The position numbers and the translations under genes are program-made. From contig CP154954.1 of NCBI GenBank assembly GCA_039621445.1, forward strand, positions 12,146,716 to 12,210,715: a stretch of 64,000 bases of DNA. The letters are read 5' to 3'. The first letter of the stretch is position 1. Every line of letters starts with the position of its first letter. This DNA is from Euglena gracilis (Eukaryota). Of this stretch, positions 1-31,500 are shown one piece after another. Below the pieces are notes generated by a model that did no database searches, was not told the origin of the DNA, and was given only the letters and a program-made list of their open reading frames with translations.

Positions 1-146
1 TTTATGAAAGTGAAAATTGAAATGCTGTTCAAATTTTAAACGTTTTCACATTTAGTCATGATAATCAATGAATTTATCCAAGCATGAGGACGTAGAACCA
101 ACCTGCTCGAACGCCTCAATGTTCGTCCTCCATGTTTGCCTTTCAG

Positions 147-3370
<3,224 letters not shown>

Positions 3371-4212
3371 CAGGAGCTCACCGTACACCCCGTACACAAA
3401 TATAATTTCCTGTGTGTCATGTGAAGGCAATGAAACAACAAAAGACACGATATGATATCAGCCATCACGATAAGGTGGGGGAGAACTCTTCACATCTGGT
3501 GTGGAGCTCCCACTCGGTATTCTACTGCAATCAGATGTTTTTTGGGACCCGGGGGGGGGGGAGGGGGTGAAAAAAACTGATCCCCCAAAATGGGTCCCCC
3601 CCCCACCCCCGAGCCCCACCCAACCCCTGTGGGTTCGCCTGCCGAAAATAAAGGAGAACCCTGCCTCTGGCAGGGTACCCACTCGGCCGACCTCCCCAGG
3701 TCACGAAACTTTAAATCTGCTGCAAAAAAAATTGTGAATCCACAAAAAAAAACTCTTCTGGTGAAAAATTTGTGCTCAACACAGGTGGAAACCACTTGAA
3801 CAAGAAATATGGAGAAAAGGCTGTGCGAAAAATTGAGTTTCAAATTGATGAGTTGTATTTTGGGTTTCCCAAGGCTTCCAAGGAATGTGTGACTTTGATA
3901 GGAGGATTTGATATATTGTCTGTCAAGTTTGCATACAATCCACAGGGTGATGCATCACCTCGCTCATCAGGATGGGGAGGGTGGAGGCCACCCTCACCCC
4001 CAGCAGTTTATCGACAGGCATCAGGGGTTTTCTCTAGTTTTCTTAAGCCTGGAGGGGACCCCACCCCTGTAGGGAGGAGGGGGTCCAGCCAGCCAGCTGC
4101 ACAAAGCCGGGCCGCAGAACCCCCCGGGGTCCGCCGAAAAAAAGTTGGGGCAGCTCAGCCCAGTCAGGACGAGCCGATAATTTTTGGTGCAAAGCACCGA
4201 AAAAGCACCAAA

Positions 4213-4248
<36 letters not shown>
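4213..4248. repeat. (ATT)n microsatellite
   Basis: About 12 ATT units. Confidence 0.95.
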
Positions 4249-4250
<2 letters not shown>

Positions 4251-7200
4251 AACAGGTGGCTGAAAATAGGCCAAGATGGTGTGTTCGAGGGTGTTGGAGG
4301 GTTCTGTTTCCAAGTTCTGGCTAAAAATCCCAATACACGTGCAGTTTACCTTTCTTGGTCCAGCCAGCACTTTTTCCCCCCCAGCCGGCACCTTTTTCCA
4401 GCCGGCCGGCCGGACTGGACTGGAATTTTGCCAGGGTCTTTGAGAAAACGACAGGCAGGGTTCTTTTTAAGGAACTTAGCACGGTGCTATGGGCAGGCAG
4501 GGGGGTCGGGCACTTTCGACCCCCCCCCCCAGGGAGGTTGGGGTTTGGGGTGTGCCGTGTTGTAGTGCTCCCCACAGCACGAGGCACCCTCCCCCCCAGG
4601 GTTGGTAAAAGGAAGCCTGGTGACAGGCGTGCTGCAAGCCCTGTCACCAAAGAAAAGCCAATATCGGCATTTTTACAACATGTTTGACCGGGCAGCCACC
4701 ACAGGGCAGTCTGAGGGCCCTGGCAGCTGGCTGGCTTGGAGCAGCCTGCCCCCCAACCCGAGGGCCGGGCATGAGCGCAGCCACTCGATCGAGGTCCATG
4801 GCGTAACCAAGCGCTGTCGCTGGTTTTGGCACCGGGATTTCTCTGCCATTGCTCTCCCAACCATAGTGCGAGCAGGATATTGTGTGTACAGCTGACTCTG
4901 CAAAAACGTCGCAAGGCTTTTGTTTTTGGAGTTATCGATCAAGAAGCAGATGACCGGGATTTTCCTCCGCCCCCAGGGTTGGGGCATGAAGCAACTTTGG
5001 ACTCCCTTTCACTTTGTACTCCAGGGATACCTCGCTGTTCGAAAATGCATATTCCAGTGCAAGACCCTTCCTTACCAGGGAATTTCTTGGGCCAGGGGGG
5101 ACCCCCGACCGCGAGCAACTTGTGCCACACCTGCTTCCTCTCTTTCATTTTGTGTTTGTGGGCTGCCGACCAAGCCCTGTGTCCGGGTGCAGGAGGGGGC
5201 TTCCCCCCCCAACCCCTTGACCTTAGGTGCAGGAGTCCAGATCCCCCACCTGCCAAGGGATAGCCCAGGGGTTGGCTCGGACCGTCTCAAATTTTCTTTT
5301 CCTTTTCTCTTTTTGTGGTAAAAATTTGCCTCAAAAGTGCGAAATTGTGATTACTGGCAATTTTTTGTCCGGCTCTTCATGAAAGTCGGTCATGTTGGCC
5401 ATGCCCTGTGTTGTTTGGGGGTCTCCCTCCTTCACCATAGAGGACACCCCCAAACTGACCTTATGTCGAAACCCACGCGTCCCCCCTCCCCAGAGTCCTC
5501 CAAGGTTTCACCGGCACAGCAATCGACGGTTGCTTGCTGTCGAAGTGATACGAGAAGGATTGGGCCACCCTCTGCTTACCTTACCCCCTAAAGGTGCCGT
5601 ACACCATCACTGGCCAGCCGAAGTTGCAGACCCACTCCAGCATGCAGACCACTCTCAAGGCGCATTTGGCAGAAAAGTCGTGGCAGAAACGTCGTCATTT
5701 CAAGGGTTGCTGACCCCCTGCCCAACAGCAGGAGGGTCAGTTGCAGTGTTTTCTGTCTTTGGTGGATGTTCAGCTGCATCCTGGATAATCATTTGTGAAC
5801 CTCAAATAATAAGAAGGGTGTGTGTGCCAAATTTCTAAGCTTCAGGCTTTTTTGATGCTGCTCGTCAATGGAAGACATTAATGATCTCCAAGCCATAGAG
5901 AAATTTATTAAAAATTGCGACGGCAAAAACATCAGTACTTCATTTGTCATTTCACTTCATTTGTCCATCTATCCAGGGGGGAGGAGATTTTTTTTCCGGA
6001 CCCAAGACGACGATCCTGCTGAACCTCAACCTTCCCCCGGTCTTAAACTCCTGGCTCTATGCGTCCATTGACCACCAAAAAGGAGGAAATATCTCACAAA
6101 AACACAGGGATTCTTGAAGAGGACTCTCGTCGTAATAAAGTAAATTGAGTGACAGTCAGAGACACATTTCACAATGGATTTGTGCTCCTTATCCACCCTT
6201 GAGGTCCTGGATCGCTTTACCTTCCGGTTTATGCCACATCCCCAACCCACCTTCCCACAACCCAATACCCGTCTGATCAACCAAAGCCTATGTAGAGACT
6301 CCTCTTTGTCGCTGTGTATCTTCTATGTTGTACAGTCCCTTTGACCTACCAGGCAGTGAGCACAAAAGGCTGTCTTTGAGTGCCATCACCGAGCAAGAGT
6401 TGGAGAGGAGTGTCCCCCCCAAAAAAACAACAAAAATGTCCCATTTTATTTTGGAGATCTGGAAGAAAACCCTGTGGATTTGAGCATTTTCATCGCCATC
6501 ATTTTATCCATTGGTCGGTTTTTTACATATGTATTTTCAATTTGAGGTTACGTGGTAATTTTATTTTTTTGTTCTAATAAATCCTGAGCTTGTTTGCAAA
6601 TACACAAGGTGTCCGTATTTGCTCTGCTGTTTCATATTTACCCAAATCGTCCTTCTGGGTAAACGTGTTCCTTGTCTGTGTCACAGACCAGACTCCATTG
6701 AAGCATGAATCTTCGTTGCCTCTTCTGTCAACTTAGCATGAAACCGATACACACGTCGGCACAAGAAAAAAACAGGGGATATGATGAAGGAGCAACAACT
6801 GGATCGAATTCTGTAGCTTTTCTGAAGTGGCTCTTGCTGAGCCCACTGCCTCGTTTGCCGCCCTCTCTTGAGGAAGGAGGGGGACGTCGGCATCGGGTGA
6901 GCAATGCTCAGTGCGTTTGTGCGCTCAAATGGCCATTTGCCTTCATGTTCGTGACACAAGAGGGGTCTAGTCCAGGTTTGGCTTTGTTGATTTCGCCTGT
7001 GCCTTGGCATGGTTGAGCAATTGGTTGGCTTTTGGATGGGGTTGGTATTAAGGATTCAGTTGTTGGACTGTGGAAGCACCTCGGGAAGACTTCCCATCCT
7101 GATGCTGTTTGCACACCAGAGTTTGTATGAGAGCCCTCGGTGGGTCAAACTCAAAAGCCCAATGATCCAGGAAATCATCAAGTTACCCCCACCCTGTGTG

Positions 7201-8357
7201 TTTAACTTCCCCAAACAAACCCCAGTACCAAACCTGTTCCCGCATCCATTTCTTGTTCATATTTTTGCGCCTTACCGTTTCCCTCTGTCCATACTCCAAT
7301 TTTATCAGAAATTTTACCCTCTTTCGGGTCGAGTTACGAGCGCTGGTCTCTCCTCGTTGTGGAGGTCCAGAGCACTCCCCTCGACAGCCGTTCAGATGCA
7401 TCGCCTGCGCTCAACTCCTTTCTGAAAACGTGTCGCTTTCGGACAGTGGGTTCTGCAGCAGGATCTTTTTTCAGAAGTATTATGAAATTAATTAAGTCTG
7501 TTTTGTCTTAAATCTTAAAATTTTAAATTAATTTAATCTTTTTATATGGAAGCCATGAAGCTGTAGTTCAAGAGCAAGAACATTCTTTATCACGTCGGTT
7601 TCCAAGTGTCTGCGGCCAAAACGTTGGAACTGTATGGATCCTCGTTTTTGTCGAGTTTGGGATGGGGAAGCGCAGACAGAAACTCACCCCGACCCACCCC
7701 AACAGTCTCTTGGTGATAAATCCAAACACCCCCCCCCCTGAGTCACTGGCACATTTCAAACGTTTTTTTGCAAGGGAATGTTGGCTGTAGCTCATGTGGA
7801 GACTTCTTCACCTTTGTCAGGCGCTGGGGGAGGCGGTTCACCCCGTTTCTTTTGAATTTTTATTTCGTTGTTTCAAAACGAATGCCCGCCTCCCCTCTGT
7901 GGTGCAAAAACCTGCCTGGAATTATACCCCCCAGGGGGGGATTATACCCTTCAGGGGGGGGGGGCTGGAAGTCTAAGCCTAACCCTATTCTTAAAAATAA
8001 GGACACATTCTCCACAAATCCGGTAAAATTTGCCCAAGGTCGCCGTTTGACCTAGGTGGAACACACCAAGAGGAAAATGTCAAAGTGAGACCCGGGTGGA
8101 GCTGTCGGGACTCCCCCTCCTTGAGGAACTATAGCGACTTTCTAGGGCGAGGGGCGAAAGTTCCTCCACGTACACACACATACACATACATATCAAGTCC
8201 TGTCATACCCTCTTCAGGGTGTTCCGAGATACCCACATCTGCTTTTTTGGGTCGCACCCCCGGCCCTATGTGAGGGGCTGTGGGGGTCTGTGCTCCCCGC
8301 CCATATGGGCGTTCAGTGGCCGCTCTGGGTTGCCTGCATGCTGTTGGCGCTGGGGGT

Positions 8358-22560
<14,203 letters not shown>

Positions 22561-22629
22561 AAGTGACATTCTTTTTCCGAGATGAAGGATGGTGCGAAGG
22601 TGTCCAAAACGGCGCAGTAGCACGATTCA

Positions 22630-22856
22630 GATCGCGATTTCCGCAAATCTGAAAAAAAAATTGCGGGAAATGCGACGGAAATCGTGGTTTTCAAGATTTC
22701 GATCGCAATTTCTGCGATTCTGAAAAAAAAATTCACAGGAAATGCGACGGAAATTGTGGTTTTCACGATTCCGATCGCGATTTACGCATTTCAGATCAAG
22801 ATTCCCGCAAATCTGAAAAAATTTCGTGGGAAATGCCACAGAAATTGTGGTTTTCC
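22630..22856. repeat. Tandem repeat, ~3 copies of a 70-90-bp unit
   Basis: TCTGAAAAAAA..GGAAATGCGACGGAAAT(C/T)GTGGTTTTC repeated three times. Confidence 0.8.
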
Positions 22857-24289
22857 CAGCCGTCGTAGTTGGTCATCGGAAATTCAGGCAGTCCTCCAAA
22901 ATGTAAGCCAACGGCTGACGGCGGTGCAAGAGGCTCTCGTCTCCCAAGGAGTCAGGCTTCTGTGGAATGTCACCCGTGACGGAGGCTGCACAATAACAAC
23001 CAGGGAGGCGTTTTGTTTGAGCAGTTTATCGTCCATTTGGGCCAGAAACAATCACTAGCTTTATGTGCAAAGAACACCCCCCTAAAGACCATACCCTTTT
23101 TTGAAGGTTATGTCTTGCGGCTGCCAACTTTCCCTGGCATTTTCAGCCTAGGAACCCAGAACTGCACATAAAACTGTCTACAAGAAGGCAGTTGTCGCCA
23201 ACCAGGCATTGTTTTAAGGCGAAATTCGCAAAAAAATCCAAGGTTATTCATGGTTTTTTTTAGTTTTTTTTTTTGGTGGAAAAGTTTATTGAGGCATTTT
23301 GAAAATTTGAAGATTTTTTAAGTGTCCATTTTCCATTGGCGGTCAAAGAGCCATCTGGACATCGAACCAACGTCGATCCAAGTTGAAAACCAAACCCATT
23401 TTTTTGGTGGATAGACAATGCCAGAAATCATTTTCCCCGAGTTTTTTGCCAAGATTTTTTGCGACTTCAATTCGAGGGCCAGGACCAATTAATTATTTAG
23501 GTTTTTTAAGGTTTTATAAAGGCTTTTTTTAAGGCTTTTTGTTTTTTTAAGTTGTTTTTTTTCCAGGATTTTTAAGGTGCTTTAAAAAAAATTCTGCCAG
23601 CGGCAGGAAGGGAGGGGTTTTTGAGCCAAATAAGGTCTTTGAAGCTTGCAATATTTGATGCTGAAAGCAGGAACGATGCCTTGCCATATTTGATTCAACT
23701 GTCTTCCGGTCTGACCAAATCTTGTGCACTTTCTCAATTTGCTGGCGTTTCCAAATTCTCAAAAAATAACAAATTCCGTCTCTTTTATGTGGGGACGTGT
23801 TCAATGTGTGATTTATCAGGGTTTGAAGATGATTGCACGGCGATGGAAGTCAATAATGGACAAATGTTTGCAGGGGCTGGAGGAGGGGGGGTTTCTGTCG
23901 TACTGTTCTGTTTCTGTCGGACTGGTGCAGCCTCATTTGCAACCACACTGCAATGCGGCAGTGCCTTGTACAATTGCGCTGGATGACAAACAACGGCACG
24001 CAATGATTTCTCGCACGTGAGCTTTTCAGCTCTTCTTTCTCATTATTCTGCACCACGGCTACGCAGCAAACACCAAGTGAAGTCATGCCTTGTTTGCGGG
24101 CTTTTTAGGAGGCGAATGCTTTTAGGAAGGCAAGGCTTTGCTCCTGTCGCGCCTGCTTTTCCAGAGGTTGGTTCTAATCGCGATGGCTATCGCCCCGTTT
24201 TAACGAGTTTGAAGGCCTCCGTCGCCTGGTATTTCGGACGGCTCGGAAGCGCATCCGAGTTTCACAAAGCCGAGTGGCGGAAGGCCTCA

Positions 24290-24400
24290 TTCAATGCGCA
24301 CCCCTCCGGGGGCCAGTAGATCTGCAGTTCCAAATGGTGCTGCACCCCCGCCGGTGAAGCGAGCGTCTGCAGTGCTGCAACCCCCCAAATATAGCAACGC
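24290..24400 (+). pseudogene. Possible degenerate DIRS-type tyrosine recombinase C-terminus (older relic hosting element B)
   Basis: Across a frameshift reads FNAHPSG/ASRSAVPNGAAPPPVKRA, resembling the DIRS1 YR pattern FxAHSxRxASxSAA..G....IxKA; highly decayed. Confidence 0.3.
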
Positions 24401-25356
24401 GAAATGCGCAGAAGTTGGCGCAGCCCACTTCACGCGCGTTTTTCAGCACACAGAAAGAGGACAGTGGGCGATTACCCACTTGAAAAGATCACAGAATTTG
24501 TCTCGTACTCCCTCGAGGAAAGCCGACCAGGGAGGAAGGGACACCGAGGGCCAAGCACAAAGACATTGTGAGGCCATGCCTTGCTCGCCGGCGGCCTGCT
24601 GTGATTTTTTGGTGCGCTGGGTTAGGAGGTCCCGCCAGAGTTGGCTGCATCGTCCCCGACGTGGCGACCATGGCGCTGTTTCTCTGCCCCATCTTCTGAC
24701 CGAGGGCGTTTGAAGACAAATTTTCTTATATGGGTGGGGGGGGATCGGGCTCACAATGTCTTTGTGCTTCGCCCTCGGTGTCACTTCCTCCCTGTCGGCT
24801 TGCCTCGAGGGAGTACGAGACACCTCGGGCTCCGCACTTTGCCATTGAGAGGCCAGATTGTGCACTGAAAAAAGGGGGGCCAGGACATTCTCCAAAGCAC
24901 CTTGGGCACCAAGTCTTTGATAATGGGCTGCGAAAGCCTCCACCCCCTTCGACTGACCAATTTCACAAACTTCTTGGGCAAAAAGGCCCAAGTTTTTGAG
25001 CAAACCAACTCCAGCCCCTCTCGGACTCCGGTGAAGAATGATACAGGAGGAAGGGACAGCGAAGGCGGAGCACAAGACAACAGTGAGGTCTTGCTCTTCT
25101 TTCCGGCTGTTGTTTGTGTTTTTGGTGTTGGTTGTGGTGTTTCTTACTGCGATGAGATGTCGGAGTAGGCTGACTCGGAGACGGTGTCGGACTTCTCGGT
25201 GGCTCGCGGTGGCGGGTTGCTGGCCTGTCTGTGGGTGAACTGAAATTTCTTGGGGGGGGGGGGCCTTAGCGACTTTTTTGTTCTTTTCCGGGTCGGGGGG
25301 GGGGGGGGGGCTCACTGTTGTCTTGTGCTCCGCCTCCGCTGTCCCTTCCTCCTGGA

Positions 25357-26330
25357 TCATTCTTCACCGGAGTCCGAGACAGCTCCGGCTCCGCACAAGA
25401 CCCCAGTGAGGCTTTGTGCACCTTTTTTTTGGACAGCAACCCCCGCCTGTTTACCCGCTTCCAACCGCAAATAATGGGAAGAAAAGGCCTGCACATTTTT
25501 CCATTTTCCAATCTGGCACACCTCCTCAGAGGACAAACCTGCCAGTTTATACATGTACACTCCTGCCCCCCTGGTGGAGTGGGGGGCCCACTGGGGGGGT
25601 ACCCCATGTTTATCCAACAATCGTATCGTCAAACTCTTAATGGTTTTGGCAGACAGAGGGGTAAAAGGGGGTTTTAGACTTAACAACAGAGGTCCCCCTG
25701 GGGGGGCACAGTGTGATGTCAAACTGACATATTTTTTCATGTTGAACCAGGGGCAAATATTGGGACATGAAGGAATCTGGGGAATTTCCTCCCACTGAGT
25801 CTGTCTCCAACCTTTTCTTTGGACAAGAACAAAAACCTTGCCATCAACCTGGGACACTGTCCTGAAGGTTCTGCTCAAGTCCACTGAACGATGCAAACAG
25901 ATGAGTCTGAAACTTAAAATGACCTGGTCTCTCAGATCACTGAGGAACTCTGGGGGAGGTGCTGCTGCCAATTTCTGAAAGTAATGACTCAGGATTCCAA
26001 AATGAAGAATACCTGGGGGTCGATGTGTTCCATTTTCTTTTGTAGGGGGCCAACAGGGGTAAAAACCTTAACATGTGAAACCCAGGAAGCTGTACCACAG
26101 CACTATAGGCATTCCTGGCTTGAGCCACACTGAAGGTGAAAATTTTTAATGATTCCAGAAGCGACTAATTCTGGGCTCATGGTGTCGAGGTCCATCTGGG
26201 ACATGGTCAAAACTCCCCACAGGAGTCTGAACGCAGAATCATATCTTGCCAAGGACAGATTTTGACTTAAGAAATTGTCAACCACTGAGGGGGGGATCTG
26301 TTGCTTCTGTAACAACTGCCTGACAATAAA
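25357..26330 (-). pseudogene. Tyrosine recombinase of DIRS element A (frameshifted)
   Basis: LICLHRSVDL (catalytic R), QRKG, PHSTRGAG (HxxR), IGKW, HYLRL (catalytic Y). Confidence 0.9.
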
Positions 26331-27923
26331 ATGCAGGCTAGATGCCATCTTGACTTTCTCATGGGCTGCCCGTGACAATTCTCGAACATGTGGTGGCAAG
26401 ACAGAATTCTCAGGGCTGGTGTGTGTGGAATGTGAAGTTTTATTAAAAGGGGCCACCACACAGCTGAAACCCACAGGGGGCAAATCAGAAGGCATTTTAG
26501 ACGTCTGTATTTCTTTAATCTCAGGAGCCACTGGCTCAGGACAGACCAGGGAGGGTTTGCATAAACCTCTGAGAACATGTCCAGAGGGCAGTTCAAACTG
26601 TCTGTGGCCACTGCCTGAAAAATGGGGCCATCGACTCACAAACTGAGAAAGTTTGTGATTCCCTGGTGATGCAAACATGTCCACAGTTGTGTTTATGAAT
26701 TGCTGGAAAATGTGCTGACTTTTTTGAAAATGAAAGGGTTTAAACTGTAATCCCCTGGGTCGAAGTGCCGTCTTCTGATGGCATCGCTTTTCATGCTTTG
26801 GGAGGGGGCCCAGTGAACTTGGAGGGTGATGCACATTTCCATACACCACTTGAGAAAGGGTCTGATGAGTTTGTTCAGGTGGGGTAGCCCCCCCCCCCCC
26901 TTTGAGAAGATAGTAGTAGGAAACTTTGTTGTCCACTGTTACGGACACTGTGTCCTTTTTCCTGGCCGAAGACCTTACAGTGGAGATGGCTGCGATCAAT
27001 TCTTTTACATTGATATGTAAATGAGAGTCTTTTCGCCAAAATTCTTGTTACTGGGTGCCAGCTTGTAGGTCCAGGCCTCCCCAACCAAATGTTGAACTGT
27101 CTGACTCCAGGTGTCTGGTGACTGGGCTTGGGAAGGGTCTCCCCCCCCAGGTCTGCAGAATTTCCCTGACATCTTGCAGTTGAGATTTGCCCTCCTCTGG
27201 GATTGGAACCTGATGATCCCAGCCAAATTTTTCTTGTAGGTTGACAAAACCTACCAAAGTGTCTGTGAATGCCCTGAGGAAGGGCAGCCCCACCAAGAAG
27301 CTTCTTATGCATCCCTAAATTGAGGCCATTTTCCTGCAACTGAGGGACTGGTGTGTGACTAAATTCCCCAGTTCCCTCCGAACCATTTTCAGTTTTTCTG
27401 TCCCCAACTGTAATTTTCCCTGTGCCAGATTGAGGTGGAATCCCAGATGTGGGATATTTTGGGTGGATTAAAGGATTGATTTTTCGCTGTTAATTTTGAA
27501 ACCCCCCTGCAGTAAATCTGCTAGCATGATGGCCAGGTGGTTGCTGACTTGCTTCTGACTGTCTCCTATCAGGGGGATGTCGTCCAGGTACACAAAGCAT
27601 AAAAGGCCTTTGGCCCTCCAACGTTTTTCCAGGCATTTCATTAGACTCATGAATTTTTCTGGCAGAACATTTAAACCAAAACAAGCTGCCTGGAATTCAC
27701 AGCATGTGTCTTCCAGAGTCATCCTCATGTAGGGTCTTAGGGTTGGGTTCAACATTAAATGAAAGTAGGCGTCCTTTAAGTCTACTTTCGCACCCCATTG
27801 TCCATTTTTCAGGTGCCTGAAGATGACCTGGATGTTGTCCAGTTTGAAGGGGTGTGGGGAAAAATGCTGGTTCAGCTGGCGACAGTCGCTGATTAAACGA
27901 TGTTTTTCTCCCTGAGGCTCTTT
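26330..27923 (-). pseudogene. RT (C-terminal part), RNase H and Dam-like MTase domain of DIRS element A
   Basis: HRLISDCR, VDLKDAYFH, CFGLN, VYLDD; ESDSSTFGWGG, VTVDN; VDMFASPGN, YANPPW, ICPLWVSAVWWPLL. Confidence 0.92.
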
Positions 27924-28356
27924 TGTGTACCAGGCAGCCATTCTGCCATGGCACTGTGTACCAGATACAATGGGTTACGGCCTACAATCTGGCTACGGCC
28001 GGGCTGTACACAGTGGCATGGTTAAACCATAAGACAAAGATAGAATCTCAGAGCTAGCGAAAGCTTAGCGAAAGTAACTGGTTCCTAATTCAAGGTTACA
28101 GGGTTTTTGTGCTTTGCAATTCTGTTTTAGAATTCTGAGGGCGAAGTCCCATTTGAATAGAAGTTTATTTTCTTTCTTTTACAAAGCTCGAAAGAGCAAA
28201 AGTCACTTTCATATAAGGGACTGCGGTCCCAACAATTCTATTTGCCTTTGTGCTTTGCTATCAAAGGGGAAAAGGGAAACAAATTTTATTGTTACTCCCC
28301 CCACGGGCTTTTCGGGAGGAAAGCATAAGTAGAAAAGCCGGGGTGGGACGTACACT
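27924..28356 (+). repeat. 5' LTR (433 bp)
   Basis: Direct repeat of 45141-45572; I see about 4 substitutions and 1 indel. Confidence 0.97.
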
Positions 28357-28375
28357 TGGTAGCAGAATAGGTTTA
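28357..28375 (+). promoter_or_regulatory. Primer binding site, probably initiator tRNA-Met
   Basis: TGGTAGCAGA(ATAGGTTT) directly after the LTR; complementary to the ..UCUGCUACCA end typical of eukaryotic initiator tRNAs. Same core at 57086-57095 (- strand). Confidence 0.8.
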
Positions 28376-28576
28376 ACGGTCGATCGACTAAAGAAACACC
28401 CAGAAAGAGGCGCCTAAGCACGGGCGAGGTGTTTCAGGGGCACAAGTGGCTACGGCTGCATCACAAAGCCTCTGAGCCCCCACCTTTGCTTATATTTTGG
28501 TGTGTTTTAACACAAATTTTTACAATTTTTACAATTTTTACGATTTTCACAAAAATTTTCCCAACTTTTCATCAAA

Positions 28577-31500
28577 AATGCAAAGCACAAATGCGAACAA
28601 TGGAAACACACCTATTAACTATGCTTTGTTAACAGGTTCGCTTCGTGGACTGCAGAATGCAGACGAAGTCGCTACGGCGACAGAAAATTTTTCCTTACAA
28701 CGGGCGAATGCCCAAGTCGCTTTAGCGACAGAAAACTTTTATTCACAAGGGGGGGATGCCCAAGCCGCTTCTGCGGTGGAAAATTTTTCCGTACAAGGGG
28801 CGGAGGCTCAAGCCGCTTCGGCGGTGCCCCCCCCCCCACAACTGGGTTTTCGAACCCAAACCGCATTAGCGGTGCCCCCCCCACAACTGGGTTTTCGAAC
28901 CCAAACCGCATTAGCGGTGCCCCCCCCACAACTGGGTTTTCGAACCCAAACCGCATTAGCGGTGCCCCCCCCCCCTCTACAACAAGCCGCTTCGGCGGTG
29001 CCCCCCCCCTACAAGGGTCTTCGGACCCAAGCCGCTTCGGCGGTGCCCTCCCCCTCCAAGGGTCTTCGGACCCAAGCCGCTTCGGCTGTGCCCCCCCCTC
29101 CAAGGGTATTCGGACCCAAACCGCTTCGGCGGTGCCCCCCCCCAAGGGTCTTCGGACCCAACCCGCATTCGCGGACCCACCGTTAAAACAGCCGCATTTG
29201 CGGTGCAACATAACCCTACAATGGGTATACGGACCCCCTCCGCTTCTGCGGAGTCTGACTCACAAGTGGGCAGAATGCCCGAACGGGACTGGCAATTAGT
29301 GCCTTTTGGCACCCAATTGCCAACAGAGCCCCCCCCCCTTACGAGGACGGGTTGGAAACACCTTGTTTTTTCCAACCCCCCCCCCGGCCCTACCACCGGT
29401 AAGCCCCATTCGGGACTTGTCCCCCCCTCCACAATTGGCAGAAATCCCAGAACTACCTTGGTACGCTGAAATGCGGTTGGTGGTCCCGGACACTGCCGGT
29501 GTCATTGTTCCCATGGACAATGACCCCGAGGAAGACCGGGATTCGTTCTCCAGTAATACCGTTGAGCGCGTAGTCGCAAATTTACCGGGGAACCACCCAC
29601 TACAACAGCAATTTCGACACATCCAAGCATGTGTCCAAAATTGCGCTAAAACACTGAACCAAGTCCTACAATTTGATGAAGACAGTCACAAGGCCGTTTT
29701 CGGCAAGCTGGACTTCCTTTGGAAATACATCCAAGAATTTGGACAATTTTGCCAAAAGAATTTTAATTCCACTACAATGGACCTTCAGAACCTCCACCAA
29801 GGTTTTGACGCATTTTTACGCAACACCTTGGTACAAAACTTCCAACAAGTACAAGAGACCCTCCATACCGCGGAATCGCGTAATAACGCAAAATTTTCAC
29901 ATTTACAACAAAATCTACAACAACTGTTTACACAACTGGAAAATGTTTCTTATACAATGCAAGAAATGCAGTCCCGGTTACAACAACGGGATAAAGTGCC
30001 TACGGGTGCGGAACTTGGCTCATATGTCTCATATGAGCACTTTTCAAATTTGTCCAATGTTGTACAACAGTCCCAAGAACACATTTTGCGTTTGGGTGAT
30101 GAAAACGCGAGTTTTCATCAAAATTTTGCACAAATACGCGAAAACTATGTACAAAGAGCTTTTGCTCAACAACTGGAAGAGCGGATTGCTCGCTTAGAAC
30201 AAACCTCCTGCAAATGCGGTGAATTTTCCAACACTTTGACCACATTGCACACTCAAGTGGCGTAAATCGTGCATCGGCAGGATTTCCTCCATGAGAAGTG
30301 GCAAAACGACACACAAAAACTTGAAACTGCTTCCAATGCGCTACAAACCGCTACGGTGGAGCTCCAATCCCGCGATGCGGTGATTCTTAGCTTACAAACC
30401 GCGAATGCGGAACTCCAAGACCGAGAAACGGTCATAACTACCATCCAAACCGCGAATGCGGACCTCCAAATTGCGTTTGCAGACCTGAAAACCGCTTTTG
30501 CGGATGTTTCGGGACTACAAACTGCAATTGGGGACTTACAATGCCGCTTTGCGGAAACTTCCACCAAAAATCCCAGTATGGGAGCATTACGATCCACTGT
30601 AACCGATTTGCACAATCAGTTACAAGCGGACGTGAACAAAATCGAATCCGCGTTTGCGGATTTGCACAAACGGTGCAACGGTATTCAAAACTGAATTCCG
30701 GATGTCACCGGCATTGAAACCGCGCTTGCGGATTTGAATACCCAACACAAAACTCTACAATCCACCACTTCCCATTTACAAAAACGCGTACAAGCACTTA
30801 CTACAAGGGTCTCCGGACTCCAACCATCTTCGGATGGTCAACCGGTTCGCGACGTCGAACTACCCCTTGATTTTCGCACATTTTACGACCAAATGGTTGC
30901 GAAAAATCAGGAAAACTTACAAGATTTTTGTGAAACCTTGATGAAGACCAAAAATTCGGTCACCCAACAAGTTCTCACACTAAAAAAACAAATTTCGGTG
31001 TTGGAGAACCGACTTTCTACAATGATGGATGACAAAACCGCTGAAAATGCGGTATGGGTACCCCAACCCACGTTGGGTACCACAACCCCACAAACCGAGA
31101 ATCGGTTGAACGCCCTTACAACCGCCATGGAGACTTTGGTTAAGCGGGTCCAATTCTTGCACACCACTTTTACAAAGCTTTCCGCGGATTTTGACTCCAT
31201 TACTGACAAATTACCACTTTTGGATGAGTTACCCTCATACCGCAAACGTATTAAGCGTTTGCAGTGTGATGTTGAACGAATTTCAGACCTTTTCCAAGTG
31301 GTCGGTTCATTCGAACAAAGCATCCAGGATTTTGCATTGAGTTTAGATGAGATTCATGCAAAATCCTACAACCCCTCGCACTTTTCCCCTGAAAACCGTG
31401 TTTTCGGTGGTCAAAATGCAACTTCCAGCTCACAACGCGCTTTTCGCGCATCAACCGAAGCATCTTCGGATGCCCGACTTGCAACTCGCGACTTTGTGCA

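Noticed and set aside
82-137. Hairpin AGCATGAGGACG..CGTCCTCCATGTT as ncRNA or terminator
   Set aside because: Short, intronic, no other support
4680-4830. GC-rich exon-like stretch (also weaker ones at 5600-5750 and 6810-6900)
   Set aside because: Could not link it in frame to either gene or recognise a motif
28114-28332. Identical 72-aa ORFs at 28114 and 45330
   Set aside because: Consequence of LTR duplication; non-ATG start, no motif
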